A stretch of DNA of 38,407 nucleotides from positions 1 to 38,407 of IMG/VR virus record IMGVR_UViG_3300031578_000150; one strand, written 5' to 3'. The DNA is from a virus. Lineage: Duplodnaviria; Caudoviricetes. The notes beneath the pieces are model-generated. The model worked only from the letters and a program-made list of their open reading frames with translations, did no database searches and was not told where the DNA came from. Of the stretch, positions 1-7,643 are shown piece after piece. Positions within the stretch are counted from its first letter, which is position 1, and each line of letters begins with the position of its first letter. Made by a program: the position numbers and the translations under genes.

Positions 1-666
1 AAGTGCGATGAGTTAAGGGGCTTCGTGTTTGAGCCGTTGAGAATGTGGTTTGTTCAAGAAAAAGAAAGGGCAAGTTTATCTAATTATCAAGTGAATGTTG
101 CTCTGGGTACAGCGACTAATGGCAGCGGTATGGCTGGGCATTATTTTAAGCCAAGCGGTGCTGTTCAGTGGGATTTACCTACTCTTGAACACTATACCAA
201 ACTTCAACAAGCCTTTACTGGATATTTTACCCGCCCTTACGAAGACCTCCGGGCCGAGTACGAATACCTGCGGGCCGAGTACGAAGACCTGCGGCGGCCC
301 TTCAACCTGACCGCCGATGTACCGTACACCGACGTTTGGGATTTCCCCACGGTGAGCGCCTATCCCGGAAAGCACCCATGTGAAAAACCGCAAGAGCTAC
401 TAAAGCACATCATTCAGGTTAGTTCACGGCCGGGTGCGCTGGTGCTGGACACCTTCGCGGGCTGTGGTTCGGCGGGGCGGGCCTGCGTAGAGTTGGGCCG
501 CCGGTTCATCGGATTTGAGTTGAGCCCGGTCTATTGCCGCCGGTGCGCGTGGTGGGCCGAGCACGGGGCCGCCGGGCTGGACCCCGCCGTGGTGCTCGCC
601 GAGGGCCAGGCCCGTGACGAAGAGCGCGCCGCCGGTCAACTGGAAATGCTGGAGGTGGACGAGTGA
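1..666 (+). CDS. DNA methyltransferase, N6/N4 (beta-class) type, 5'-truncated by the window edge
   Basis: Frame is open from base 1. It contains DVWDF...HPCEKP..LL..II..SS.PG..VLD.FAGCGS (SAM-binding FxGxG) and GRRFIGFEL, plus the YEDLRAEYE heptad insert seen in phage methylases. Confidence 0.9.
   Translation, partial: KCDELRGFVFEPLRMWFVQEKERASLSNYQVNVALGTATNGSGMAGHYFKPSGAVQWDLPTLEHYTKLQQAFTGYFTRPYEDLRAEYEYLRAEYEDLRRPFNLTADVPYTDVWDFPTVSAYPGKHPCEKPQELLKHIIQVSSRPGALVLDTFAGCGSAGRACVELGRRFIGFELSPVYCRRCAWWAEHGAAGLDPAVVLAEGQARDEERAAGQLEMLEVDE
238..297 (+). repeat. 21-bp tandem repeat, about 3 copies (TACGAA[G/T]ACCT[C/G]CGG...), encoding YEDLRAE heptads
   Basis: Units at 238-258, 259-279 and 280-297 (partial), read directly from the sequence. 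Confidence 0.9.
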
Positions 667-874
667 ACGCTGTGCTCCGTGCCGATGGGGTGAGACTCCC
701 CGCCGCGTTCGGTTCATGCCCGGTAAACGGAGCCGAGGTGGCCGGCCCTCGACGGGGTGATACTCCTCCCCCAAGCCGGCCCTAGAATGCCCTACTTGCC
801 CGAAAACAACCGTATTTTACGGTGAAAACTGGAGGAAAAAGTTGAACGAGGGTAAACCCACAGGGAGAGGTCCG

Positions 875-1456
875 ATGAGGTACAGGGACTTGCTCAGGGT
901 GATGTTGGCGGCGGTGGTCGGGATTGTCCTCGGCCCGTGCCGGGCGGTGGCGGTTGAACTGTCCTGGGATGACGACACAAGTCAGGAGGTCGTTGTCGAG
1001 GGGTACAACTTGGCCGTGCTCTTCTGTGATGCCCCCGAAGGGACGCCGGGGGATACTGGCGGGCAGCCTGGGATTGTGTCGAGCTTCAAGGTCCTGTTCG
1101 ACTGGTTTAACCCGGTGTACCGGCCCGAACTTTATATCTACTCGGTAGATGGGGACCCAGGGGAACCGCTGGCTGGCCCGTTGAACTATACCGACTCTGA
1201 GTGGCGCACCTGGCTAGTTTTAACGCTCGACGAGCCGGTGGAGGTTCCCGGGGAGTTCTACATCCTGGTGAAGCCGGGGAGCAGCCGGTTGACGAAGGAC
1301 GGGACGCTTGACTGGGGTATCCATCATAGCCGGTACTACGAAGCCGGAGCCTGGCGGCAGTGGGATGATGATTTGCGTATCCGGGTCGAGTGGACCCCGC
1401 AGGAGCCACAGGTCGAGGCGGTGTCCTGGGGGATGATAAAGGCGGGGAGCCTGTGA
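875..1456 (+). CDS. Secreted host-like protein (moron) with signal peptide and C-terminal VExxSWGxIKA motif
   Basis: ATG at 875 follows GGGAGAGG. MRYRDLLRVMLAAVVGIVLGPCRAVA resembles a signal peptide; the protein ends VEAVSWGMIKAGSL. Confidence 0.75.
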   Translation: MRYRDLLRVMLAAVVGIVLGPCRAVAVELSWDDDTSQEVVVEGYNLAVLFCDAPEGTPGDTGGQPGIVSSFKVLFDWFNPVYRPELYIYSVDGDPGEPLAGPLNYTDSEWRTWLVLTLDEPVEVPGEFYILVKPGSSRLTKDGTLDWGIHHSRYYEAGAWRQWDDDLRIRVEWTPQEPQVEAVSWGMIKAGSL

Positions 1457-1575
1457 GCTTCGTCCTCGACCAGATAATTCACGGCGACGCGCTGGAGGTC
1501 CTGAGGACGCTCCCCGGCGGGCTGGTCCACACCTGCAACAGGAGTGTCTTTTTTAGAAGGAGAGAATCATGTTGA
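1453..1575 (+). pseudogene. N-terminal stub of a DNA methyltransferase
   Basis: GTGA overlap with the upstream stop. MSFVLDQIIHGDALEVLRTLPGGLVHTC is a typical MTase start that breaks off just before the expected TSPPY motif. Confidence 0.7.
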
Positions 1576-1958
1576 GACTACCATCAAAACCAAAGATGCC
1601 CGTTAGGGATTGTCCTTTTTGTGGGGCATACGGTGATTCATGGATGATTGGTCTTTGGGGAGGCCCGGATGGCGCACACATTAGCTGCTCCAGATGTGGA
1701 GCTGAAGGACCACTCGCTCAAAACGATGATAAAGTCGAAGAGGAGAGTCTTGCCCTTGAAGGATGGAATCATCGGGGCATCAGAGATGACTTCCCAATCC
1801 CGCCGCACGAGCTTCTTGAGGATGGGGGCGAAGAGCCAGCGATGAAAAACAAGATAATCAACGAAATCTTGGACGACATAGAAGCGAAGCGACGGAAAAG
1901 GGGATTTCCTGTTTTCCAAAAGCGGCCCCGTTACCTTTCTTACGATGATGAGGAGTAA
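1569..1958 (+). CDS. Lar-like restriction-alleviation zinc-finger protein
   Basis: CPFCG ... CSRCGAEGP ... ALEGWNHR pattern; RBS AAGGAGAG upstream. Confidence 0.7.
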   Translation: MLRLPSKPKMPVRDCPFCGAYGDSWMIGLWGGPDGAHISCSRCGAEGPLAQNDDKVEEESLALEGWNHRGIRDDFPIPPHELLEDGGEEPAMKNKIINEILDDIEAKRRKRGFPVFQKRPRYLSYDDEE

Positions 1959-1960
1959 CG

Positions 1961-2224
1961 ATGGAACGGTTTTACTTGTGCTTGGTGGATGGAACGCCGA
2001 GCTGTCAACATCATCACGCTACACTCGCGGAGGCGAGGGCAGAAGCCGAACGGCTGGCGATACAGACGGGGAAGGGCGTAACCGTCCTGGCTGCGATTGA
2101 GCGTTGCAAGCCAGCCCGGGTCACATGGGAGAAGATAGAAAATCCCATCGTTTTCGGTGGGCTTCGGTCGGCGCTTGACGATTTAACATCCCCCGAGATG
2201 GGAACGGCAAACATTGGCGACTGA
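1961..2224 (+). CDS. Hypothetical phage protein
   Basis: RBS GAGGAG and tight packing; HxTxxxAxxEAERLA pattern common in small phage proteins. Confidence 0.75.
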   Translation: MERFYLCLVDGTPSCQHHHATLAEARAEAERLAIQTGKGVTVLAAIERCKPARVTWEKIENPIVFGGLRSALDDLTSPEMGTANIGD

Positions 2225-3278
2225 CCTCTGCACCATAGACCCGGACTGGCCGTCGGATTACCAGCTCAAGGTCGAGCTTCTGGCGAACCAGTTGGGTTAT
2301 CGCATCTGCGGGTTCCCGACCAGGGCGGGGACGCCTTGTCGTGTTCGGCCGAAGAAGGGATGCGTCCGCTGTTCGGTGCATCTCACGGTCAGGACGACGT
2401 TCTCGCCGGCCGACCCGGCCATCACGGGAGGGAACCTCCTCGTCGGCTCGCGCGAGCTTGCGAAGAGCGCCGAAATCTTCAACCTCCGGCCGGCAATCGC
2501 AACGGCCAAGTGGCTCCTCGCCCGAGAAGAGGAAGCGTTCCAGGAGCACTTTCGCCAGCTCCAGGAGTTGAAGGGCGAGGTAACGGCGCCGGCGCGCAAG
2601 CGGCAAATCGAACGCCGCCTCTTCCCCCTCCTCGAAAAGACCAACCAGGAATACATCACGAAAATAGGAGATGGCGGAACACCGCAAGAGAGCATCACGG
2701 ACTGGTACATCGGATGGCTCTACAAAAGATTGGACGGCCTGCGTAAAACGCTCGAATACCAGGCGAACAATCTTGCCAACGTCACGAAGCGCGCAGCCGA
2801 GACGGAAACGCTTACAAAGGACCTCATCTCACGCACGGACGCCGACGCCGTTCTCATGGCGATGGCAACAGGCTACGCGAACGCCGTCCGCGAGTCGCTA
2901 CCGCCAGACCAGGCAGAAGAACTCCTGCAAAAAATCGAGTTCTCGATTAACAGACAACTTAGACCGCTCATGGAGAAGGAAATCGTCAATGAGCCGGAAC
3001 CTGTCAACGGGGAGACAGCCGGAGGCGGAAAACGTAAAATAAGCATGAAGGCAAAAAAGCCGGAGAGCCGCGAGGATAAAGAACGGGCCAAAGCCGTCAA
3101 GCGCGGAAAAGCGGCCCAGGCGAAGACGGCGACCAAAGAGGGCCAAGCCAAAGGGAAAAAGAAGACCGCCAAACCCGCACCCCGCAAGGGTAAGGCTGGC
3201 GCGAATAAACGCGGTCCCGGCAGACCCAAGAATAGTTCCAAACTTTCCGCGCACAATAAGAAACCAGCATCCGAATAG
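2214..3278 (+). CDS. Putative terminase small subunit with N-terminal Cys/His knuckle and Lys-rich C-terminal tail
   Basis: Lies immediately upstream of TerL. ICGFPTRAGTPCRVRPKKGCVRCSVH resembles the CxAxTRxGxPC...RCxxHG knuckle of many TerS-like proteins. Helical middle; TTG start is uncertain. Confidence 0.55.
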   Translation: MATDLCTIDPDWPSDYQLKVELLANQLGYRICGFPTRAGTPCRVRPKKGCVRCSVHLTVRTTFSPADPAITGGNLLVGSRELAKSAEIFNLRPAIATAKWLLAREEEAFQEHFRQLQELKGEVTAPARKRQIERRLFPLLEKTNQEYITKIGDGGTPQESITDWYIGWLYKRLDGLRKTLEYQANNLANVTKRAAETETLTKDLISRTDADAVLMAMATGYANAVRESLPPDQAEELLQKIEFSINRQLRPLMEKEIVNEPEPVNGETAGGGKRKISMKAKKPESREDKERAKAVKRGKAAQAKTATKEGQAKGKKKTAKPAPRKGKAGANKRGPGRPKNSSKLSAHNKKPASE

Positions 3279-3326
3279 GGGTCAACGAGATATGGGTTAT
3301 TCGGCAAACTATTAGCGCACAATAAG
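3238..3326 (-). repeat. Two copies of CTTATTGTGCGC(GGA/TAAT)AGTTT-type motif on the minus strand, upstream of terL
   Basis: Plus strand reads CCAAACTTTCCGCGCACAATAAG (3238-3260) and CAAACTATTAGCGCACAATAAG (3305-3326). These are reverse complements of the motif at 5346-5479. Confidence 0.85.
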
Positions 3327-3347
3327 GGGTGGGGCCTTCCTCCCCCC

Positions 3348-3377
3348 TTGAAGGGCTGTGTTGACCTGTGCTATCCT
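3348..3377 (+). promoter_or_regulatory. Possible sigma70-type promoter for terL
   Basis: TTGAAG-18 nt-TATCCT with an extended -10 TG; weak match. Confidence 0.3.
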
Positions 3378-3425
3378 GTGGAGGGAAATCGTCGTAAGTC
3401 GTTGACTCTTTATCGAGCGTAGACA

Positions 3426-5345
3426 ATGCCGTTAAAAAGATTCGAGCGTATCAACGGGGGAATCGTCTCGGACGTGAGCGAGTTTTCCCGCGTCGCCCTG
3501 GATGCGGCGAGAGAGCAAGTGCAGAGCCGGCCATCAGACCGGCTCTCTTTTATTGAATGGGTACATGAGCATTGGGTGATAAACCAAAAATCTTTCACCT
3601 TGGAGCAGCACCCGCACATGAGGGCCATCTACGAGGACGATGCCGAGGAAATCATCATAATGAAGTCCGCCCAGTGTGGGGCGAGCGAGTGGGCCATCGC
3701 CCGGGCGATTTATTTGGCAGAGGCTCAGTCCCAGTCCATCATCTACTTTTTCCCGGCGGGTGAGCAGCTTGGGGACCACGTTCGCCAGAGGGTTGACCCG
3801 CGACTCCTTGAGAGCCCCTATTTGGCCTCCAAGATGCAGCAGCCGAACAACGTGGGGCAGAAGAGGATAGGGAATGGGTTCGTGCATTTCCGTGGCGCTC
3901 AGACGCGCAGGCAGGTAATCAGCGTGACGGCCGACGCGATAATTGCGGATGAACTGGATGAGTTCAGTCCGAGCGTGGTGGAGACCCTGGAGAAACGAAC
4001 CGGGGCGGCCGAGGCGCCGAGGTACTACAAACTTTCGACGCCGACATTCCCGGACTACGGGATTCACGCGGAGTACGCGACGAGGAGCGACGGCCGCAAA
4101 TACATCCAGAAGTGCCCCCACTGCGGCAAGACCTTTGCCATGACCGATATTGACTGGGAGACGGGCATACACATGAAGTGCGCCGGCTGTGGCAAGTCGG
4201 CGGCGGTAATTGACTGGAAGGAGCACCGTGTCCTGAAGGCGGGGGGATACGCCTACAACTGCCCGGACTGCCGTGAGTCCAACTACGTCAAGAAGGTCGA
4301 GCGGGGATTCTGGATAGCCTGTCCGCACTGCTTCAGGGAGTTGGACCGCTGGGCGCCCGGGAAGTGGGTGCCACAGTTTAAGGGGCGGGCGGCGCATGGA
4401 TACCACATCAACAAGCTCATGGTCCCGACGGCGCCCTTGGGCTCGCTCGTCCACGACCTCCTCCACGCGCGGAACCGGCAGGAGTTCTACAACTCGGACA
4501 TGGGGCTGCCGAAGGTTCCCGAGGGGAACCGGGTGACGCTGGACGACCTAAAACGGGCCTCCGACCGGGACACGCAGTACGAAACGACTCCGCCGCACGT
4601 CTCGCCTCCGATGACTACCTTCGGCGGCGTTGACGTGGGGAGTAGCCTACACTGCCACGCGCTCGGACTCGATGACAAGGTTTACGGCGCAAAGGATTTC
4701 CCCATCGGCCAAGAGGCGGAGGCGATTACCTGGCTCAAGGACATGCGGTGCGATGGGCTCGTGATTGACGCGCTCCCTGAACAGCGCCTTGCCAAAGCCG
4801 TCGTTGAGGCGTTCCCGGAGGGCCGGGCGTATCGGATTTTCTGGAACACGAACGAGAAAGCGACGATAGACGTTTACATAGACGACGACAACCGGGCGCT
4901 CAAGGTCAAGCGCAACGGGGCCTTCGACGAGGTGTACCAGTTCGTCCGCGACCAGCTCGTCCTACCGAACGACTGGCGGGAGATGGGGCATGGCGAGCTG
5001 GCGGCCCACTACCAAGCGAACATCCGCACCGTGGCGATAGAGGAGGAGACCGGGCAACGGACGGTATCCTTCACGCCCGCCGGCAAGCCGGACCACTACT
5101 ACCTCGCCCTGATTTACGCATACATAGCGCGGAAGGTCATCGGCGAGATGGGGTTGTCTCACTTCTTCGAGATTGGCCGGGACGAGGGGGAGGACCAAGC
5201 GCAGAAGCTCGTGGACGCGGGGCTCATGGAGGGGGACCGGGTGCCGGAGGAGGCCATTAAAAAACAGCAGGAGATTCTTGACCGCCTGGACGACCTCGGG
5301 CCGGGCGAAATCGAGCCCCTGGATGACGGCTCTCGACTCTGGTAA
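3426..5345 (+). CDS. terL: Terminase large subunit (lambda GpA-like / SPO1-Twort type)
   Basis: Walker A-like MKSAQCGASE, Walker B IIADELDE, coupling motif LSTPT, CxxC zinc region, GYHINKL, nuclease motifs GGVDVG, VIDALP and DHY. Confidence 0.95.
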   Translation: MPLKRFERINGGIVSDVSEFSRVALDAAREQVQSRPSDRLSFIEWVHEHWVINQKSFTLEQHPHMRAIYEDDAEEIIIMKSAQCGASEWAIARAIYLAEAQSQSIIYFFPAGEQLGDHVRQRVDPRLLESPYLASKMQQPNNVGQKRIGNGFVHFRGAQTRRQVISVTADAIIADELDEFSPSVVETLEKRTGAAEAPRYYKLSTPTFPDYGIHAEYATRSDGRKYIQKCPHCGKTFAMTDIDWETGIHMKCAGCGKSAAVIDWKEHRVLKAGGYAYNCPDCRESNYVKKVERGFWIACPHCFRELDRWAPGKWVPQFKGRAAHGYHINKLMVPTAPLGSLVHDLLHARNRQEFYNSDMGLPKVPEGNRVTLDDLKRASDRDTQYETTPPHVSPPMTTFGGVDVGSSLHCHALGLDDKVYGAKDFPIGQEAEAITWLKDMRCDGLVIDALPEQRLAKAVVEAFPEGRAYRIFWNTNEKATIDVYIDDDNRALKVKRNGAFDEVYQFVRDQLVLPNDWREMGHGELAAHYQANIRTVAIEEETGQRTVSFTPAGKPDHYYLALIYAYIARKVIGEMGLSHFFEIGRDEGEDQAQKLVDAGLMEGDRVPEEAIKKQQEILDRLDDLGPGEIEPLDDGSRLW

Positions 5346-5479
5346 TTGTGCGTTATTTCGTGCGCTTTTCCGTGCGCTAAAAGTTTGGGCAACTATAATT
5401 TAACCCCTTAATAATCAATGCGATATAATTACCTTATTGTGCGCTTTTTCCTGCGCTTTTTCGTGCGCTAAAAGTTTGG
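5346..5479 (+). repeat. Two triplets of 12-bp GTGCGCTwwwwn direct repeats flanking an AT-rich spacer
   Basis: Units at 5348, 5360, 5372 and at 5439, 5451, 5463. Both triplets end CGTGCGCTAAAAGTTTGG. The ~45-bp core (5391-5436) is AT-rich. Confidence 0.9.
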
Positions 5480-5487
5480 AGTATCCG

Positions 5488-5733
5488 ATGATAACCGACA
5501 TCACCGTGACCTTCGAGCATGATACGGGATTCTACAAGGCCATCATGTTCAAGGACGGCCGCCGACACGCCTTCGCCGGCGCCACGGCCAAGGAGGCATT
5601 GGCGGAACTGGTAGACAAGATGGGGCTCCTATCCCCCGACGTGATTCTCACCGACATGCCGGACCTTACTATCCTGCGGGGGATTCTCTCCCTGTTTGGG
5701 GACAGTATCTACCGAATAAAATGGGAACTGTAA
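5488..5733 (+). CDS. Hypothetical protein (weakly HicB-like N-terminal pattern)
   Basis: ATG at 5488 follows GGAG. The beta-beta-AGATAKEALAEL pattern recalls the HicB G-x-T-x-x-E-A motif. Confidence 0.6.
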   Translation: MITDITVTFEHDTGFYKAIMFKDGRRHAFAGATAKEALAELVDKMGLLSPDVILTDMPDLTILRGILSLFGDSIYRIKWEL

Positions 5734-5761
5734 ACTCCAACTACCGCATGGGAGTCGTGAC

Positions 5762-6211
5762 ATGGAAGCAGATACGAAAGAGGTCGCCAGTCGGCACCCA
5801 AGCCTCCGGGTTTACATCGTCGGGTGTGACTTCGACGGGACCGTCACGGAGACGAATGAGTTCCCGCGCATTGGGAAGCTCCGACCGGGCATCAAAGAAC
5901 TGCTTCTGCGGATAAAGGCGGCCGGCCACGATGTAGTCCTGACTACCTGCCGGAACGGTTCCTATCTTACCTCCGCGATTCGGTTCATCGAGCAGAACGG
6001 GTTCGGTTGCGTTTTCTCCGCTTACAACGCACAATCGCGGTTTGCGCCTCCAGGACTCTCGGGTAAAGTTTACGCCCATTTCCTGCTCGACGACAGCGCC
6101 ACGCCCGGGGAGTTTGACGTGGGGGCGTGGGAGGGCTACTTTGAGCGCCTTGGGGTGATTCCACCCATCACTGCCAAGAGAGGCAGACAAACCAAAAATC
6201 GGAGGGAATAA
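5762..6211 (+). CDS. Small HAD-superfamily hydrolase
   Basis: Motif I VGCDFDGT, motif II VLTTCR, K..A..LLDD motifs III/IV. Confidence 0.85.
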   Translation: MEADTKEVASRHPSLRVYIVGCDFDGTVTETNEFPRIGKLRPGIKELLLRIKAAGHDVVLTTCRNGSYLTSAIRFIEQNGFGCVFSAYNAQSRFAPPGLSGKVYAHFLLDDSATPGEFDVGAWEGYFERLGVIPPITAKRGRQTKNRRE

Positions 6212-6213
6212 GC

Positions 6214-6546
6214 ATGAACACCCATCTTCTCTGCATCCTTGTATTTCTCGCTCTCGTGGGGCTCACCATGTTCTGCGGCTGGCAGATACCAGACCTCGTG
6301 GTGGTGGCTCCGCTCATCGCCCTTTTCCTGTACGTCGTGGCCGACGTGTCCTTCATGGTCCGTAAGGTGTACCACGGCCACAGGGAGATGAACAGGAAGG
6401 CGATACTGGACGCGGGAGCCGAAATACAGGCCACAGTGGAGTTGACCAAGACTCGCAACAAGCTCGCAAAGCAGCAGGCCCAGCACGCGAAGAAGCGCGC
6501 CAAGGCCGAGCCGATTGAAGGACAAGAAAATCCGGGCCATCCGTAG
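6214..6546 (+). CDS. Small membrane protein with two TM helices and a charged tail
   Basis: Two N-terminal hydrophobic stretches; RBS GGAGGG. Confidence 0.75.
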   Translation: MNTHLLCILVFLALVGLTMFCGWQIPDLVVVAPLIALFLYVVADVSFMVRKVYHGHREMNRKAILDAGAEIQATVELTKTRNKLAKQQAQHAKKRAKAEPIEGQENPGHP

Positions 6547-6553
6547 GCCCCCC

Positions 6554-6583
6554 TTGACATCCTGTGTTATGGTGTTATATCAT
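6554..6583 (+). promoter_or_regulatory. Sigma70-type promoter of the moron at 6609
   Basis: TTGACA (6554-6559), then TGTTATATCAT giving a -10 at 16-18 nt spacing; RBS GGGAGGA follows. Confidence 0.65.
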
Positions 6584-6608
6584 ACACTGTCGTTACGGGA
6601 GGAAACCG

Positions 6609-6986
6609 ATGCGAAAGCTACTCGTTCTGGCCTCTCTACTCATGGCCGTTGCCACGTTCGCCTTCCGGGTGGACAACAACGAGCCGCCGACCGCGACCTT
6701 GGGCGCCGTGGACCCCGAGGTCGCCGGCGACATCTCCATCCCCTACACCCTCTCCGACCGGGAGGGCGACATCCTCACCATCCTCTGCGAGTATTCGACG
6801 GACGGCGGGGAGACCTGGGCGGCTGCCACGGTCAAGAACCCCACCGCCGACCTCGGACCGGACCGGTACTCAGGCGAGGTCGTCTGGGATTCGGTCGCCG
6901 ACCTGGACGGTCACGACGAGGCCGATGTTCAGTTCCGGGTCACACCATCCGACAACGACGTGGGCGAAGCCGGGGCGACCGGTTAA
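6609..6986 (+). CDS. Secreted single Ig-like/beta-sandwich repeat protein (moron)
   Basis: MRKLLVLASLLMAVATFA signal peptide; NNEPP...YTLSDREGD...EYSTDGGETW...VVWDS...FRVTPSD is typical of bacterial surface-protein repeats. Confidence 0.8.
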   Translation: MRKLLVLASLLMAVATFAFRVDNNEPPTATLGAVDPEVAGDISIPYTLSDREGDILTILCEYSTDGGETWAAATVKNPTADLGPDRYSGEVVWDSVADLDGHDEADVQFRVTPSDNDVGEAGATG

Positions 6987-7001
6987 TCCACCGGCGGCCA
7001 A

Positions 7002-7047
7002 GCGGAGGGGGACAATTAACCACGCAAGCGAGCCTTTCCCCCTCCGC
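7002..7047. terminator. GC-rich inverted repeat downstream of the moron (terminator or stabilising hairpin)
   Basis: GCGGAGGGGGA (7002-7012) pairs with TCCCCCTCCGC (7037-7047). Long loop and no U-tract on the plus strand. Confidence 0.4.
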
Positions 7048-7071
7048 GCGGCCCCAAAAAGGAATTAAGCT

Positions 7072-7341
7072 ATGCGAATAGACTTCCTCCCGGCCAATCC
7101 AACCAAGAAGCAGGTGCGGCGGTATTATTATCGGCAACTCCGTAAGGACATGAGCCGCTGGAAAGCGAAAAGAGGGGCCAAGTTGACAGCCGCAATGTTT
7201 TTTCCGCTTCAGAGTCTGCAATTACAGATAGGTCAATGCACAAAAGACATATTCGATACCTTCTGCGACATGCTTGAAGCCACGAAAGAAAAAATACCGG
7301 GATTCAAGGAACTACTTGGGGGTGATTTGGGTTCGACGTAG
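7072..7341 (+). CDS. Hypothetical basic protein; last 24 nt overlap the tmRNA 5' end
   Basis: RBS AAGGA; 89-aa ORF filling the gap. Confidence 0.6.
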   Translation: MRIDFLPANPTKKQVRRYYYRQLRKDMSRWKAKRGAKLTAAMFFPLQSLQLQIGQCTKDIFDTFCDMLEATKEKIPGFKELLGGDLGST

Positions 7342-7632
7342 TTGGGAACCATGCCGAGGCGTTCCGTGGTCGCCGCAGGCCACGTTAAAAAGGCGGCAAA
7401 CAAACAGACGCCGAGACTCCGTTACTCAAGGCGGCTTGACCGCCAGCCCCCACGGTGAACCCCGGATAACCGTGTAAGGGTTCAAAACCCGGGCGGTGCG
7501 GAGAGTCGGCCCGACTCCAAACTGTAAAAGGGCCATGTGTGAGGAAAGTGCGAACGGCCCGTGGGGCATGAACGTATCTTCGGCTTGGATTCGCTTCTGC
7601 GGACGGGGGTTCGATTCCCCCCACCTCCACCA
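7318..7632 (+). ncRNA. ssrA: tmRNA (315 nt), predicted tag (A)AETPLLKAA*
   Basis: 5' GGGGGTGATTTGGGTTCGAC and 3' GGACGGGGGTTCGATTCCCCCCACCTCCACCA. Acceptor stem GGGGGTG/CACCTCC has the G3:U alanine wobble and an encoded CCA. PK1-like pairings are CGTGGT/GCCACG and GCCGC/GCGGC. Tag frame GCC GAG ACT CCG TTA CTC AAG GCG GCT TGA at 7410-7439. Confidence 0.95.
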
Positions 7633-7643
7633 AAGTTTTTATC

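Noticed and set aside
663-785. 40-codon GTG ORF (MNAVLRADGVRLP...) as another methyltransferase stub
   Set aside because: Resemblance is limited to about 13 residues, too weak to call.
3030-3278. Lys-rich tail of the putative TerS as another copy of the cargo tag
   Set aside because: It is basic low-complexity sequence lacking the HxRRTxxG...V.EH pattern.
5488-5733. HicAB toxin-antitoxin module
   Set aside because: Only a faint HicB-like pattern is present and no adjacent HicA-like ORF was found.
7318-7632. tmRNA as a prophage attachment site or host-chromosome boundary
   Set aside because: Phage genes continue collinearly on both sides (terL upstream, portal downstream). No integrase and no duplicated tmRNA 3' end are visible in the window.
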